The notes beneath the pieces were generated by a model that had not been told where the DNA came from, made no database searches, and worked only from the letters and a program-made list of their open reading frames with translations. The position numbers and the translations under genes were made by a program. From assembly GCA_963776075.1 (NCBI GenBank), contig CAVZLG010000010.1:104500-168499 (forward strand): a stretch of 64,000 nt of DNA. The letters are read 5' to 3'. This document shows positions 9,182 to 18,322 of the stretch, piece by piece (position 1 is the first letter of the stretch; each line of letters begins with the position of its first letter). Origin of the DNA: an uncultured delta proteobacterium. Its GTDB lineage: Bacteria > Desulfobacterota > Desulfobulbia > Desulfobulbales > Desulfocapsaceae.

Positions 9182-11467
9182 CTATTTTTCTTCAAGATTC
9201 TGGGCAAGATCATTATCAATAACATACATGCAGATCTCTTTGGCTCCCTGCCGGGAATAGTGATACCTGCTCTGCAGGTTCTCTATCATGAAGATGACAT
9301 CATCTCTGATTTTTGAGTCATATGTTCTGAACTCATCCGTATCGAAATCTCTAATTGCCATACGAAAATTTTCATTCTTCAAAAACGGATCCAGCACCTT
9401 CTCTTTAAGATTATAGACATATTTCTGGAACAGTTTCTGAAACAGCGTTGTCTCAACAACGGATAAGCCCTCATGCATTATTTCCTGCGTGAGTGTCGTC
9501 GTTGTATAGGTCTTCTGTACATCGCTCCTGAACAATTCAGCATCTTTCGGGTCGGCCAGGAGCCTTGATTCGATCCTGGCAAACAACTCTTCCGTAATCT
9601 TCAGCTTCTCTCCAGTAAATACACATTTTTCAGTAGTTCCCGGATCAAAATTTACGGCAAACATATAATTTTGGATATCAATGGCAATCTGGTCTTCGTT
9701 ATAGTAGTAGAGCGATTCCTTTACCTCCTGGAGCACTATATAGTTGTACATTTGCAGCAGGGAATCAAGAAAATGCGGTGGAATGACGTCTTTCTCCTGT
9801 TTACAATATTTTCTGAAATATTTTCCGAGCATGGACATATCAATCAGCTTTTTATCACTGGAATATGAAGACAAAAAGTCATTGAAGAGCCGAATAGAGT
9901 CACGACCTGAAAACCCGTGCCAACCATCTTTCTCAGACTCCTTAATAATATGCCGCCGCCGCTTGGCGGTAAATTTTTTCAAATCGCCTTCAGACAGCCA
10001 CCTGGGAATATTACCGGTATATATTTCCATCTTGAGAAGGTGCAGGTTCTTATCACAATATATTTCATATTGTTCTGGGTTGGTTATCCAGTCCAGCATG
10101 GCTTCTGATCCGATCATCAGCCTGGTAGAAATGATAACTCGTGCAAAATTATGGAGAACACGAGGCAGAAAACTCTCCTCTATCTGCTTTCCGAAAATCT
10201 CTCGATAGATCTCAACTTCAGTTTTGATATCAAGTACGTAAGGTATATGTATGTACTCAATTCTATCTGAAAATGCCTGAAGATCCTTCAGCTGTTCCTT
10301 ATCTTCCGGGTTCATCAGGGCAAAGAAGAGAGAATTTACACTTTCCTCAAGTTCCTCGACCTTATGCACTCCCTCACTGATGATGTTGTGCAGTTCCATC
10401 AGCCTTTCAATATTATGGGACTTTATATCCATCAAGGCATAGATACCGTTGTTTGTTCTGGCATAATGCGAGAAGAGATACCGTACCGGCCTTGAATCCG
10501 GAAATAACTGATCGAGATTTCGCTGTATGACCTCATGCTTTAATACCGTCCTTTTTACCGGTTTATCACCTGGGTTAAAGACCGATATACCTTCCCCGAG
10601 TCGTCTCTTGAAGGTGTAGGGGCGAGCATAGACACATTCCATTACCAAATTGATATCATTGTACTTTTCCATCAAGGCGCTGAAGATTGAGCTGCAGATC
10701 GTGCACGGTTTGTCGTGAAATACCCATTCATATTTTTTATCTGTAAAAAATTCCCATTTGAATTTTTCGTCCTCGAAAAGATCATCAAAAAACAACCGCC
10801 TTGAATCACGAGGGATAATAAGAATTGGATTGTCATGACTGGGACAGGGAACATCAAAGTAGGAACCCACATCCTGCTGTTCTTCAGTTTCGGATTGCAG
10901 TTTTTGGCTCGTCCCATCTTTGGTATCTTTGTCAAGCAGCAGACTGATCCTGTCGGCGAGCGTATCAATTTTATGACTATGCGTAGCGGATGGATCTGCC
11001 GGTAACCGCCACACCACCTCGTACCTGAGCCCCTCAGGTGAAACGGTATATTCTTCAAATTTTCGCAGAAGATTATTGAGAAAGGTTGACTTGCCGCTGC
11101 CAGGTGGCCCATCAAAGATATAAACCTTGTTCTGTTGAGCTCCCACCGATAAAGAGTCAACGTGGCGCACCAAGCGGTTGGCAAAAAGTCGATCGGGAAA
11201 AAACGGACGATCAGTCCCCTGGGCGAGCAACTCTAAACAGTCATAGGCAACATAATCTATGGACTCCGGATCATCGGGATATTCATCTACCTCCTCACAT
11301 ATATAGTTGTCTATCATATCAGCGTATAGCTGGTATATATTCCGTATAATCCTGGCTGGATGATCTACAACTTGTTCTAAAAATTCGGAATATTTCAGCA
11401 GCGGCTGCTTTTCCCATTCTTTGTTCTGGTGCTTCAGGTTGTCAAGTGCCCGTGTGATATCACGCAT
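9182..11467 (-). CDS. second, divergent PrkA-family P-loop protein (761 aa)
   Basis: Walker A FDGPPGSGKSTFLNNLL and PrkA-like blocks (CPSHDNPILIIPRD..., GFSGRDSIRLFNDF). The ORF-track start 11680 overlaps spoVR by 180 nt; ATG 11467 (MRDITRAL...) leaves a 31-nt gap. Confidence 0.7.
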   Translation of the reverse strand: MRDITRALDNLKHQNKEWEKQPLLKYSEFLEQVVDHPARIIRNIYQLYADMIDNYICEEVDEYPDDPESIDYVAYDCLELLAQGTDRPFFPDRLFANRLVRHVDSLSVGAQQNKVYIFDGPPGSGKSTFLNNLLRKFEEYTVSPEGLRYEVVWRLPADPSATHSHKIDTLADRISLLLDKDTKDGTSQKLQSETEEQQDVGSYFDVPCPSHDNPILIIPRDSRRLFFDDLFEDEKFKWEFFTDKKYEWVFHDKPCTICSSIFSALMEKYNDINLVMECVYARPYTFKRRLGEGISVFNPGDKPVKRTVLKHEVIQRNLDQLFPDSRPVRYLFSHYARTNNGIYALMDIKSHNIERLMELHNIISEGVHKVEELEESVNSLFFALMNPEDKEQLKDLQAFSDRIEYIHIPYVLDIKTEVEIYREIFGKQIEESFLPRVLHNFARVIISTRLMIGSEAMLDWITNPEQYEIYCDKNLHLLKMEIYTGNIPRWLSEGDLKKFTAKRRRHIIKESEKDGWHGFSGRDSIRLFNDFLSSYSSDKKLIDMSMLGKYFRKYCKQEKDVIPPHFLDSLLQMYNYIVLQEVKESLYYYNEDQIAIDIQNYMFAVNFDPGTTEKCVFTGEKLKITEELFARIESRLLADPKDAELFRSDVQKTYTTTTLTQEIMHEGLSVVETTLFQKLFQKYVYNLKEKVLDPFLKNENFRMAIRDFDTDEFRTYDSKIRDDVIFMIENLQSRYHYSRQGAKEICMYVIDNDLAQNLEEK

Positions 11468-11498
11468 GGGAATACCCCACTTTTTATTCGATCTTCGA

Positions 11499-13133
11499 TC
11501 ATGAATGTTCTTCACGGGACAGTTGTCTGTCACGCATCGTGTAGCGGAATTTTTTCCAGGTGACCTGCTGCCTGGGTGTCTCCTTCTTGTCTTTTCCATC
11601 AGCCCCTGCAGACACTTCCTCCTGGACAGGTTCAGAGGTGTCCAGAATAACCGGTCCATCCCAGAGGTATTCAATTCCAAGCATGGTACCGGCTATATAA
11701 TCCCGTACAAGTGGTTTTCCCTCAAACAGGTGCTTCAGATGCAGATGATTTTCCTTGGTCACCTCAAATTCAATAGACGGAGGATGATAGAGCGATTCCA
11801 GTACCATGTTGCGATAATCTTCTGCCTTTCTGCTTTTCACGTAATACTGCCAAATCATCCGCTGCTCATCAAGCCTCCGCCCAGCTACAAACAACTTGTT
11901 TTCGTCAACAAAATCCTGACTGATGTATTCTGATATCAGCATGGAATCACAATACGTTTTACGTATGTTGAAAATAAAATCATTTCCTTTACATGTACCG
12001 CTATCGAAATTTATTCTTTTTCTCCTGTCCCTGAGACGGTTATAATCGACGCTGATTCGCCCCTTGTCTGCCATGCTTTCAAGAAACGAGAATAACCGCA
12101 TGCCCAGGGCATAGGGATTAAGCCCGACTCGCGGCATTGAGGTTACTTTTGCGTTGACAATGGCAAAATCGATTTCATGACCGTCTATCCGGTCATCGGT
12201 AAGAAATAGTTTTTCATGCCAATAACTTGCCCAGCCTTCATTGAGTATCTTGGTCCGTATCTGAGGCTGGAAATAGAGGGAGGTATTTCTAATCACTTCT
12301 ATTACCGTTCTCATCCAACTGTTTTCTTCCCGGTTTAAAAAACCGGAATTTTCCATTAGAAACTCAAGCAGATCAATACGGTGTGCGGGTTTTCTCCTGG
12401 CCTGGTGTTTTTGCCAGTATGACTCGAATTCAGCATAGCGCACCTTCACTTCATCAAGAAACGATTGTTCTCCACCGGACGTGTCGGCAGCTACCAGGCG
12501 ATTATAATGTTCAATCTCCTTGACATAATCTGCAACCGAAACCTTTATTTCCTCCTGGAGGAATATATCGAAATAATAATCTACCGGGGTAATTGTCTGA
12601 GTCACCCTCAATTGGCTGTCTTTAGACATAACGGAAAAGTAACCCACCAGGTTATCAATGGCTTTTGCGAATTCTATAATATAGTCAACCCAGCGTCCCT
12701 TCTCCGATCGAAGTTGACTGATCAGTCGCTTATCGGAGAGCGCTTTACTGGTAAAATCATACTTCCAGGTATGCTGAAAAAAAAGATTGTTCTGAAAGAA
12801 GTCTATATGCCCGATTACATGATAAAAAATCATAACATTCAGCCAATCCGGATTGTTATCATTATAAAATGATATTGGCGGTCGAGTGTTAATGACTGTT
12901 TCATACGGATTAGTCGGGAATAATTCGTATCTGCCTTTCTCCCTGAGAACCTCAACGTCCTGAACCCAATAGTCATAGAGGGTCGGAATCATCGTTTTTG
13001 GAGATAATTCCAATATATCACGATTCGTTACAATATATTCCAGGGTGTCATTCTGAAAACTGAGCCCCACACTGCGCGCTCTTTCTTTGCACCCCTCCAT
13101 TATTTTTTTTGCATGCTGGCTGATCAGTTCCAT
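11499..13133 (-). CDS. spoVR: SpoVR/YcgB family protein
   Basis: 544 aa; WLNVMIFYHVIGHIDFFQNN, NEGWASYWHEK and conserved position after yeaH. Confidence 0.9.
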   Translation of the reverse strand: MELISQHAKKIMEGCKERARSVGLSFQNDTLEYIVTNRDILELSPKTMIPTLYDYWVQDVEVLREKGRYELFPTNPYETVINTRPPISFYNDNNPDWLNVMIFYHVIGHIDFFQNNLFFQHTWKYDFTSKALSDKRLISQLRSEKGRWVDYIIEFAKAIDNLVGYFSVMSKDSQLRVTQTITPVDYYFDIFLQEEIKVSVADYVKEIEHYNRLVAADTSGGEQSFLDEVKVRYAEFESYWQKHQARRKPAHRIDLLEFLMENSGFLNREENSWMRTVIEVIRNTSLYFQPQIRTKILNEGWASYWHEKLFLTDDRIDGHEIDFAIVNAKVTSMPRVGLNPYALGMRLFSFLESMADKGRISVDYNRLRDRRKRINFDSGTCKGNDFIFNIRKTYCDSMLISEYISQDFVDENKLFVAGRRLDEQRMIWQYYVKSRKAEDYRNMVLESLYHPPSIEFEVTKENHLHLKHLFEGKPLVRDYIAGTMLGIEYLWDGPVILDTSEPVQEEVSAGADGKDKKETPRQQVTWKKFRYTMRDRQLSREEHS

Positions 13134-13149
13134 AGGCTGCCCACTGTTG

Positions 13150-14544
13150 TCATGATATCAGCGCCCTGATGCCCTCAATAAGTCGAGGTTCACCACCATC
13201 CTGCTCAAGCACATCAAGCCTGATCAGATCAGGTTTTTCCTCAAGTAATCCTGACTTCTTAATATAGCGTTCCACGTCACTGCGCCCCGGTATGCCAAAG
13301 TTATTCTCGGCAATCGTGATTCCGATCCGTGCCACATAAAGGAGCATCTTTTTTAGTTCCGATACTGCTTCTACACCGGTAGTATCCCAGTCATCACCGT
13401 CAGTCCCATGAAATACGTAAATATTGTAATCTCTTTGAAGATTCTCCTGTTCAACTATCTGATTTACTAAATGATATGCTGATGCGACCTGGGTACCGCC
13501 GGCCACCTTGGAGTTGTAGTAAATATTGAAGCTCTCAACTTCCTTTGCCTCGGTATCGTGCAGTATGAATCTGGTTTCAACCTGGCTCTCATACTGGTAG
13601 ATAAGCCATGAGTAAATCAGGATATGCTGACTCACCACCATTTCCGTCGGCTTGCCACTCATGGAGCCGGAGTAATCCCTGAGGAAAAAAACAACCGCCT
13701 GAGATTCATAGTCTTTTTCCTTTGACAATATACGATAGATCCTGTCATGAGGTGAAATGATTAATGAATCGGTCTCTATCGGATCACCCTGCCTGATCCG
13801 GCCAAGTCCAATGTTAGATTTAATTATTCGTCTCAAGGTTGCTTTCTTGTCTAATACCTGGCCAAAACCGCGATGAAGATCTGTCAGATCATAGGAATAT
13901 TTTGTCAATGACCTCTTTTTCCCTTTATCTTTTAGGTTCGGAAGCTTGAATTCTTCTGTCAGGACCCTGCCGAGATCATAGGCATTTGATTCTATTTCAT
14001 GACCGCCGCCATCCCCCTGTCCGGCACCACCTTGCCCATTCTGGCTGTCCCTGACAGGCTGCTCGCCAATTACCTCGCCTTCCTCACCATCACCTTGTCC
14101 GCCATACCCCGGATCATCTCCCGTGTCCCCACCTTCGCCTTCCTCCATTATTTCCACCATGCCATGAAGGAATTTTTCTTCTACGGTTGTCGGCACAACA
14201 ACGACACGGCCACTCTGCTTACCACCAGGTTTCACCACCTTGCCAAGCCTTATTTTACGAGGAAAACCATCTTCCTCCCGCTTCTTGTCCCGGGCCATTA
14301 AATCATCGAGTGAACGATTGGATGCAAGCGCAGCTATACCCCTGGCATGGTTGGCAGGCCAGATATCGATATCGCTGTATTCATAGGGGGTCCGGAGTGG
14401 ATCGGTGGGCATCGTTTCCGCAGCATATCGCTCCGCATACTGCTTTTCCGCCTGGTCAATCTCAAGGCGAATCTTTTGATCCTGCTCGGCCGATATACCC
14501 TGTGCTTTGAGGGCCTGGTATTTTCTGCGAAGATTATCTATCAT
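13150..14544 (-). CDS. yeaH: YeaH/DUF444 family protein (vWA-like C-terminus, Gly/Asp-rich linker)
   Basis: 464 aa; typical acidic/Gly-rich insert, then FFLRDYSGSM (vWA MIDAS-like). Sits between prkA and spoVR. Confidence 0.9.
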   Translation of the reverse strand: MIDNLRRKYQALKAQGISAEQDQKIRLEIDQAEKQYAERYAAETMPTDPLRTPYEYSDIDIWPANHARGIAALASNRSLDDLMARDKKREEDGFPRKIRLGKVVKPGGKQSGRVVVVPTTVEEKFLHGMVEIMEEGEGGDTGDDPGYGGQGDGEEGEVIGEQPVRDSQNGQGGAGQGDGGGHEIESNAYDLGRVLTEEFKLPNLKDKGKKRSLTKYSYDLTDLHRGFGQVLDKKATLRRIIKSNIGLGRIRQGDPIETDSLIISPHDRIYRILSKEKDYESQAVVFFLRDYSGSMSGKPTEMVVSQHILIYSWLIYQYESQVETRFILHDTEAKEVESFNIYYNSKVAGGTQVASAYHLVNQIVEQENLQRDYNIYVFHGTDGDDWDTTGVEAVSELKKMLLYVARIGITIAENNFGIPGRSDVERYIKKSGLLEEKPDLIRLDVLEQDGGEPRLIEGIRALIS

Positions 14545-14586
14545 CTCAACCTCTCAGCCTGATGAAAAACCACTGGGGAAACAAAA

Positions 14587-16647
14587 TTATGTTTCATCCA
14601 CCTGGGTACAAAAATACTCTATGGTTTTCTGGGCACAGGTTGTGCAGTAGCCAAGTTTATTCAGCATGGTATCTACCATACGATCGTACAGCTTTTGATT
14701 TTCCTCATTTGTTCTGTTTGCCAGCGCTCCGATAAGACTGCCCGCTCCGGCTATATCGGATTTGAGGCGGACATCAGTGACCGCCTTGACAAGTTCAAGG
14801 TTGTCCATAAAGTCATAATCCGGATTCGTCGATATCTTCTGGCCATAAATTTTACGAATCGAGGTCCTGAAGGTATCCTTTTGTTCTTTTATTTTTAGTC
14901 CGAGGCAATCCTCGACAGAATTGATATAGCGTTCGTCAATTTTCAAGGCCTGTAATTCCCCACTCTGTGGGTTCTTGTACTTCCACATCTTGTCAGGCCC
15001 GAGATTTTCGGCATCAATACCAATGATCATATTGACGTAATTGAGAACATCCTTGCGGATCGCCAGGGGTTCATCCATATAGGCGTTAAACATCTCCGTC
15101 ATAATACGTTCCCGGTATAATCCACGAGCCGTTTTCAGATCATCTAAAAATTTTGCCCGGTCTGTTGTTTCCGGCACATAGTCGAGAATAATTCGTTCAA
15201 GCGTACCAAATACATCGTATGCGAACATACATTGACCTTCATTCGTCTCTGAGCTTTCAAGCATCAACTGCATTGCCCTGCCAAGGTTTCGCTGGCCAAG
15301 ACCTTTTTGTCCAAAACGACTCGTCACGTCACTGTTTTGATTTAATGTGTCGATAACCTCGGAGAGTGTTTTGATTGATTTTTCACCTGCCACCTCTCCA
15401 GCTGCGAGTTTCATGGTTTCAATGGGTGTCAGTTTCTCAGAGCGTGGCAACCTCGTCAATGCCACCCCAACAGAGGCTGCGTAATTGAGGTTCGGGTCCT
15501 GGTGCAGCGTCTCTCCGGTGAGGGTTGTTTTGGTTTCGGCTCCAATTGCATACGATGTCAGCTGGCTCTGCAACCGGTAATCGGTATTGTGGGAGACATA
15601 ACAGATGCGACAACGATCTATGATCGGCGCCTCCTCTTTCTCAGCCAGGAATCTGTTGAACTCTGCATTATTACTGGTGGCGACAATAAGGGTGTCAATG
15701 GGCCACTTGTAACCGTCAATTTCAATGGTTCGGTTCTGGATAATGCCGAGATATACCTGGACAAGATCCTTTTTGTTTTTATAAATTTCGTCACTGAAAT
15801 GGATTCCTCCACCCGCCACACGAGCCAGAGCACCTCGGCGAAGGTCAAAGCGGTATGGGTTGTTTGTATCGGTGATATGCAGCAGGCGCTGAATCGATTC
15901 CTCGCCAAGTAAATCAACCGCCGACGAAGTAATCTTGTCCTTTGCCGGATATTTGCCGGTAACAGTACCGAGACTCTCGGTGAGGGGTACCGGAACTATC
16001 TCGATGAATTTCAACATATCATCGAGCTTCCCGCCAGTGTACTCCCTGATATCATTCCAGATATATGCAGAGCATGCCCCCAGCGGGCGATAATTCTGCC
16101 ACCACTCATTTATGATTGTTTCAGACAGCCGATAGCGCCGTGCCAGATGCTTTTTAGAATCCTCTGAAGATTCCAGAAGATTCATTGCCAGTATCATCGG
16201 GTCTTCATAGGTCTGTGATTCAACCACATTGATATTGCCATAATGACCTAAATCAACCAGACCGTTAAACCTGAACGTATAACGCCTGTTTTCCGGACGA
16301 AACAAAAATTGCCGGTACATGCTGCACAGGTACTCAACAAGAAACGTCTTACCGTTACCAGGCTCTCCGACAAGCACAAATGCCATCTCCTGCGATGATC
16401 CGCCCTGCGAGGCATCCTTAACGAATGAAACAAATGAGTTGATTTCGTCATACATGCCGATGATATGCTTCGCACCATCACGAAAGATTCTGTAGTCAAA
16501 GGTGGTTTTTCCGTTAACCAGCACCTTGTCTATCTCTTTGTCAAGAATCATCCGGGTCACTGCCTGGAACGCATTTTCAAAAACACGTTCTCCCTTTTTA
16601 ACGGCAGTTATATGTTCGTGCAGACTCTCTTTCTTTGACTGTGCCAT
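14587..16647 (-). CDS. prkA: PrkA/YeaG serine protein kinase (AAA+ N-domain)
   Basis: Walker A LVGEPGNGKTFLVEYL and PrkA C-terminal domain. Start moved to ATG 16647, preceded by AAGGAGG (ORF-track start 16683). Confidence 0.9.
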   Translation of the reverse strand: MAQSKKESLHEHITAVKKGERVFENAFQAVTRMILDKEIDKVLVNGKTTFDYRIFRDGAKHIIGMYDEINSFVSFVKDASQGGSSQEMAFVLVGEPGNGKTFLVEYLCSMYRQFLFRPENRRYTFRFNGLVDLGHYGNINVVESQTYEDPMILAMNLLESSEDSKKHLARRYRLSETIINEWWQNYRPLGACSAYIWNDIREYTGGKLDDMLKFIEIVPVPLTESLGTVTGKYPAKDKITSSAVDLLGEESIQRLLHITDTNNPYRFDLRRGALARVAGGGIHFSDEIYKNKKDLVQVYLGIIQNRTIEIDGYKWPIDTLIVATSNNAEFNRFLAEKEEAPIIDRCRICYVSHNTDYRLQSQLTSYAIGAETKTTLTGETLHQDPNLNYAASVGVALTRLPRSEKLTPIETMKLAAGEVAGEKSIKTLSEVIDTLNQNSDVTSRFGQKGLGQRNLGRAMQLMLESSETNEGQCMFAYDVFGTLERIILDYVPETTDRAKFLDDLKTARGLYRERIMTEMFNAYMDEPLAIRKDVLNYVNMIIGIDAENLGPDKMWKYKNPQSGELQALKIDERYINSVEDCLGLKIKEQKDTFRTSIRKIYGQKISTNPDYDFMDNLELVKAVTDVRLKSDIAGAGSLIGALANRTNEENQKLYDRMVDTMLNKLGYCTTCAQKTIEYFCTQVDET

Positions 16648-17106
16648 GGTTACCTCCTTTTCGACATCGGATTGAGTCAACAAGGCTCTCCCTAAAAAAT
16701 GGTCACAAAATGGTACTATTGCAAGTTAGGAACGGAAAAAAACGCCCTTATTTCGAGGATTGTTCAACAGTTTTCAACTCTTTATCAAAATCCGATTTCC
16801 TTTGTGACTCCCTGCCCGATAATGCATCATATGCACCTCAGGATCCGCGCAAATACTTGCTGAAGATGATCAGCTCTTAATTGATTTTATGATTAACCTA
16901 TGACCACGAACACCGGCTGGGGGTGAACAGGTTCGAATCATGGTATGGCAAACCATCGTCGAGCAGAACGAAAGGTCGATGTATGAAGAAATTGGAAAAG
17001 GGGAAAGCCACTTCAAAAACCAGTACCTCTATGGCAGCTGTTGTGCCGGTGAAGTGGCTTTTCGATTCAATGGTATCACGTTCCAGAAAACACCTGAACA
17101 CTCACT

Positions 17107-17730
17107 TCAATCGTATTGCATTTTAAACTCTTCAGGAGAAAAGCTTACTGGTACTCCCTCAAATGGTGTCATCCTTGTTTTTCTGCTTGTTTGAGCTTCT
17201 CTCAGGTCCTTTAATACCTCAATGCTTGCCAGCAACCCTTTAGAATATCTTGCCAGCCTTATGGCCATTCCTGCAATCTGGGCCAGAGCATAAACGAAAT
17301 TGACATCACTTAACGTAAACTCCCACGGTTCAGAAGTATAGACACGAAGCGCTCCCATCGTTTTTTGATTTACCTGAATTGGAACTGACAGAATCGAAGC
17401 AATGCCTTCTTTTTCTGCTTCCTCAGGGTATTGCAGTCTGGGATCATTTATGGCATCAGAAATTGCAACAGGACCATCCTCAAGAGACTGGGCGATCGAA
17501 TGCAAAGCGCTGAGTGGCCCCTTATTTAGATATTCATCGCTTAGACCGTATGAAGCGGCAACATTCAGTTCGTCAGTTGTCCGGTTGAGCAGAAACAACG
17601 CACATCCTTTTATATCCAGTGCTGTTTTAATTCCCTCTACCGTCATCAGTGCAACTTCTTCAGGTTCTTTCGAGTGAGAAATTGTATTGGCTACTTTCAG
17701 AAATATTTCGTAGTTCAGTTGCTCTTTCAT
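17107..17730 (-). CDS. stand-alone GAF-domain protein
   Basis: 207 aa with a GAF-like pattern (ALFLLNRTTDELNVAASYGL...ILSVPIQVNQKTMGALRVYT). AAAGGAGG RBS. Confidence 0.8.
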   Translation of the reverse strand: MKEQLNYEIFLKVANTISHSKEPEEVALMTVEGIKTALDIKGCALFLLNRTTDELNVAASYGLSDEYLNKGPLSALHSIAQSLEDGPVAISDAINDPRLQYPEEAEKEGIASILSVPIQVNQKTMGALRVYTSEPWEFTLSDVNFVYALAQIAGMAIRLARYSKGLLASIEVLKDLREAQTSRKTRMTPFEGVPVSFSPEEFKMQYD

Positions 17731-17842
17731 CGCGGCCTCCTTTTGCTTGTAAGCAGTAATGGGTTATATGCGTTTCCGCAGCAATTGTGGGATTACCCGA
17801 TTTCAGTGCAGATCTTCACCGATCCTGTACTATCTGTAGAAA

Positions 17843-17945
17843 CATAAAAAGCCGAACTGCCTTCTTCTGAGGCAGCTCGGCTTTCTCTAGAGACCCGTGG
17901 CTTTCCGTCCCCGCTTTACAGTGGGTTTGGCTCTTGCTCAATGTA
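17843..17945 (-). promoter_or_regulatory. candidate c-di-GMP-I (GEMM-I)-like riboswitch with intrinsic terminator
   Basis: Minus-strand RNA: GAGCCAAACC-CACU-GUAA-AGCGGG-GACGGAAAGCCACGGGUCU..., then AAAGCCGAGCUGCCU-cagaaga-AGGCAGUUCGGCUUUUU. The G-U pair in the stem is valid only on the minus strand. TTGACA (17985-17990) and TAGTAT (17961-17966) lie upstream at 18-nt spacing. Confidence 0.5.
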
Positions 17946-18322
17946 AGTATCTGATACCTTATACTATGGAAAGGGAATCGAAAGTGTCAATGATACAGGG
18001 TCGTACAGTGAAACCTTTTATAAATCCAGTTCTGCTTTTCTCATTTCAAAACGTGATGAAATTATCATTTATCATTATTTTCTTTGATTGCTCGAAGATA
18101 CGCACAGTATCTACCATCCACATGCAAACCGAGACCAATCAGAATTAGTAACCCACATAAATTTCGAGTACAATACGATATATATCTACTGAAACGTTTT
18201 AACGGTTGTTCCAAAAAGATACTGATTCAAATAAATGCTTATAACCATATAAATTCAAATAGTTACTGGTACTATTATTAAAATTTAATCGCTCCGAAAA
18301 TCTCATATCATAAAGAGTATAG

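Noticed and set aside
16700-16730. The sigma54-like string TGGTAC-TA-TTGCA upstream of prkA.
   Set aside because: It has the wrong spacing (2 nt instead of about 5 between the TGGCAC-like and TTGCA elements), and it lies on the plus strand, pointing away from prkA.
16898-17194. Short ORFs between the GAF gene and prkA (16898..17101 minus; 16923..17126 and 16940..17194 plus).
   Set aside because: They overlap each other and the GAF gene end, and they have no RBS or domain signal. The 460-nt spacer is more likely the prkA promoter/leader region.
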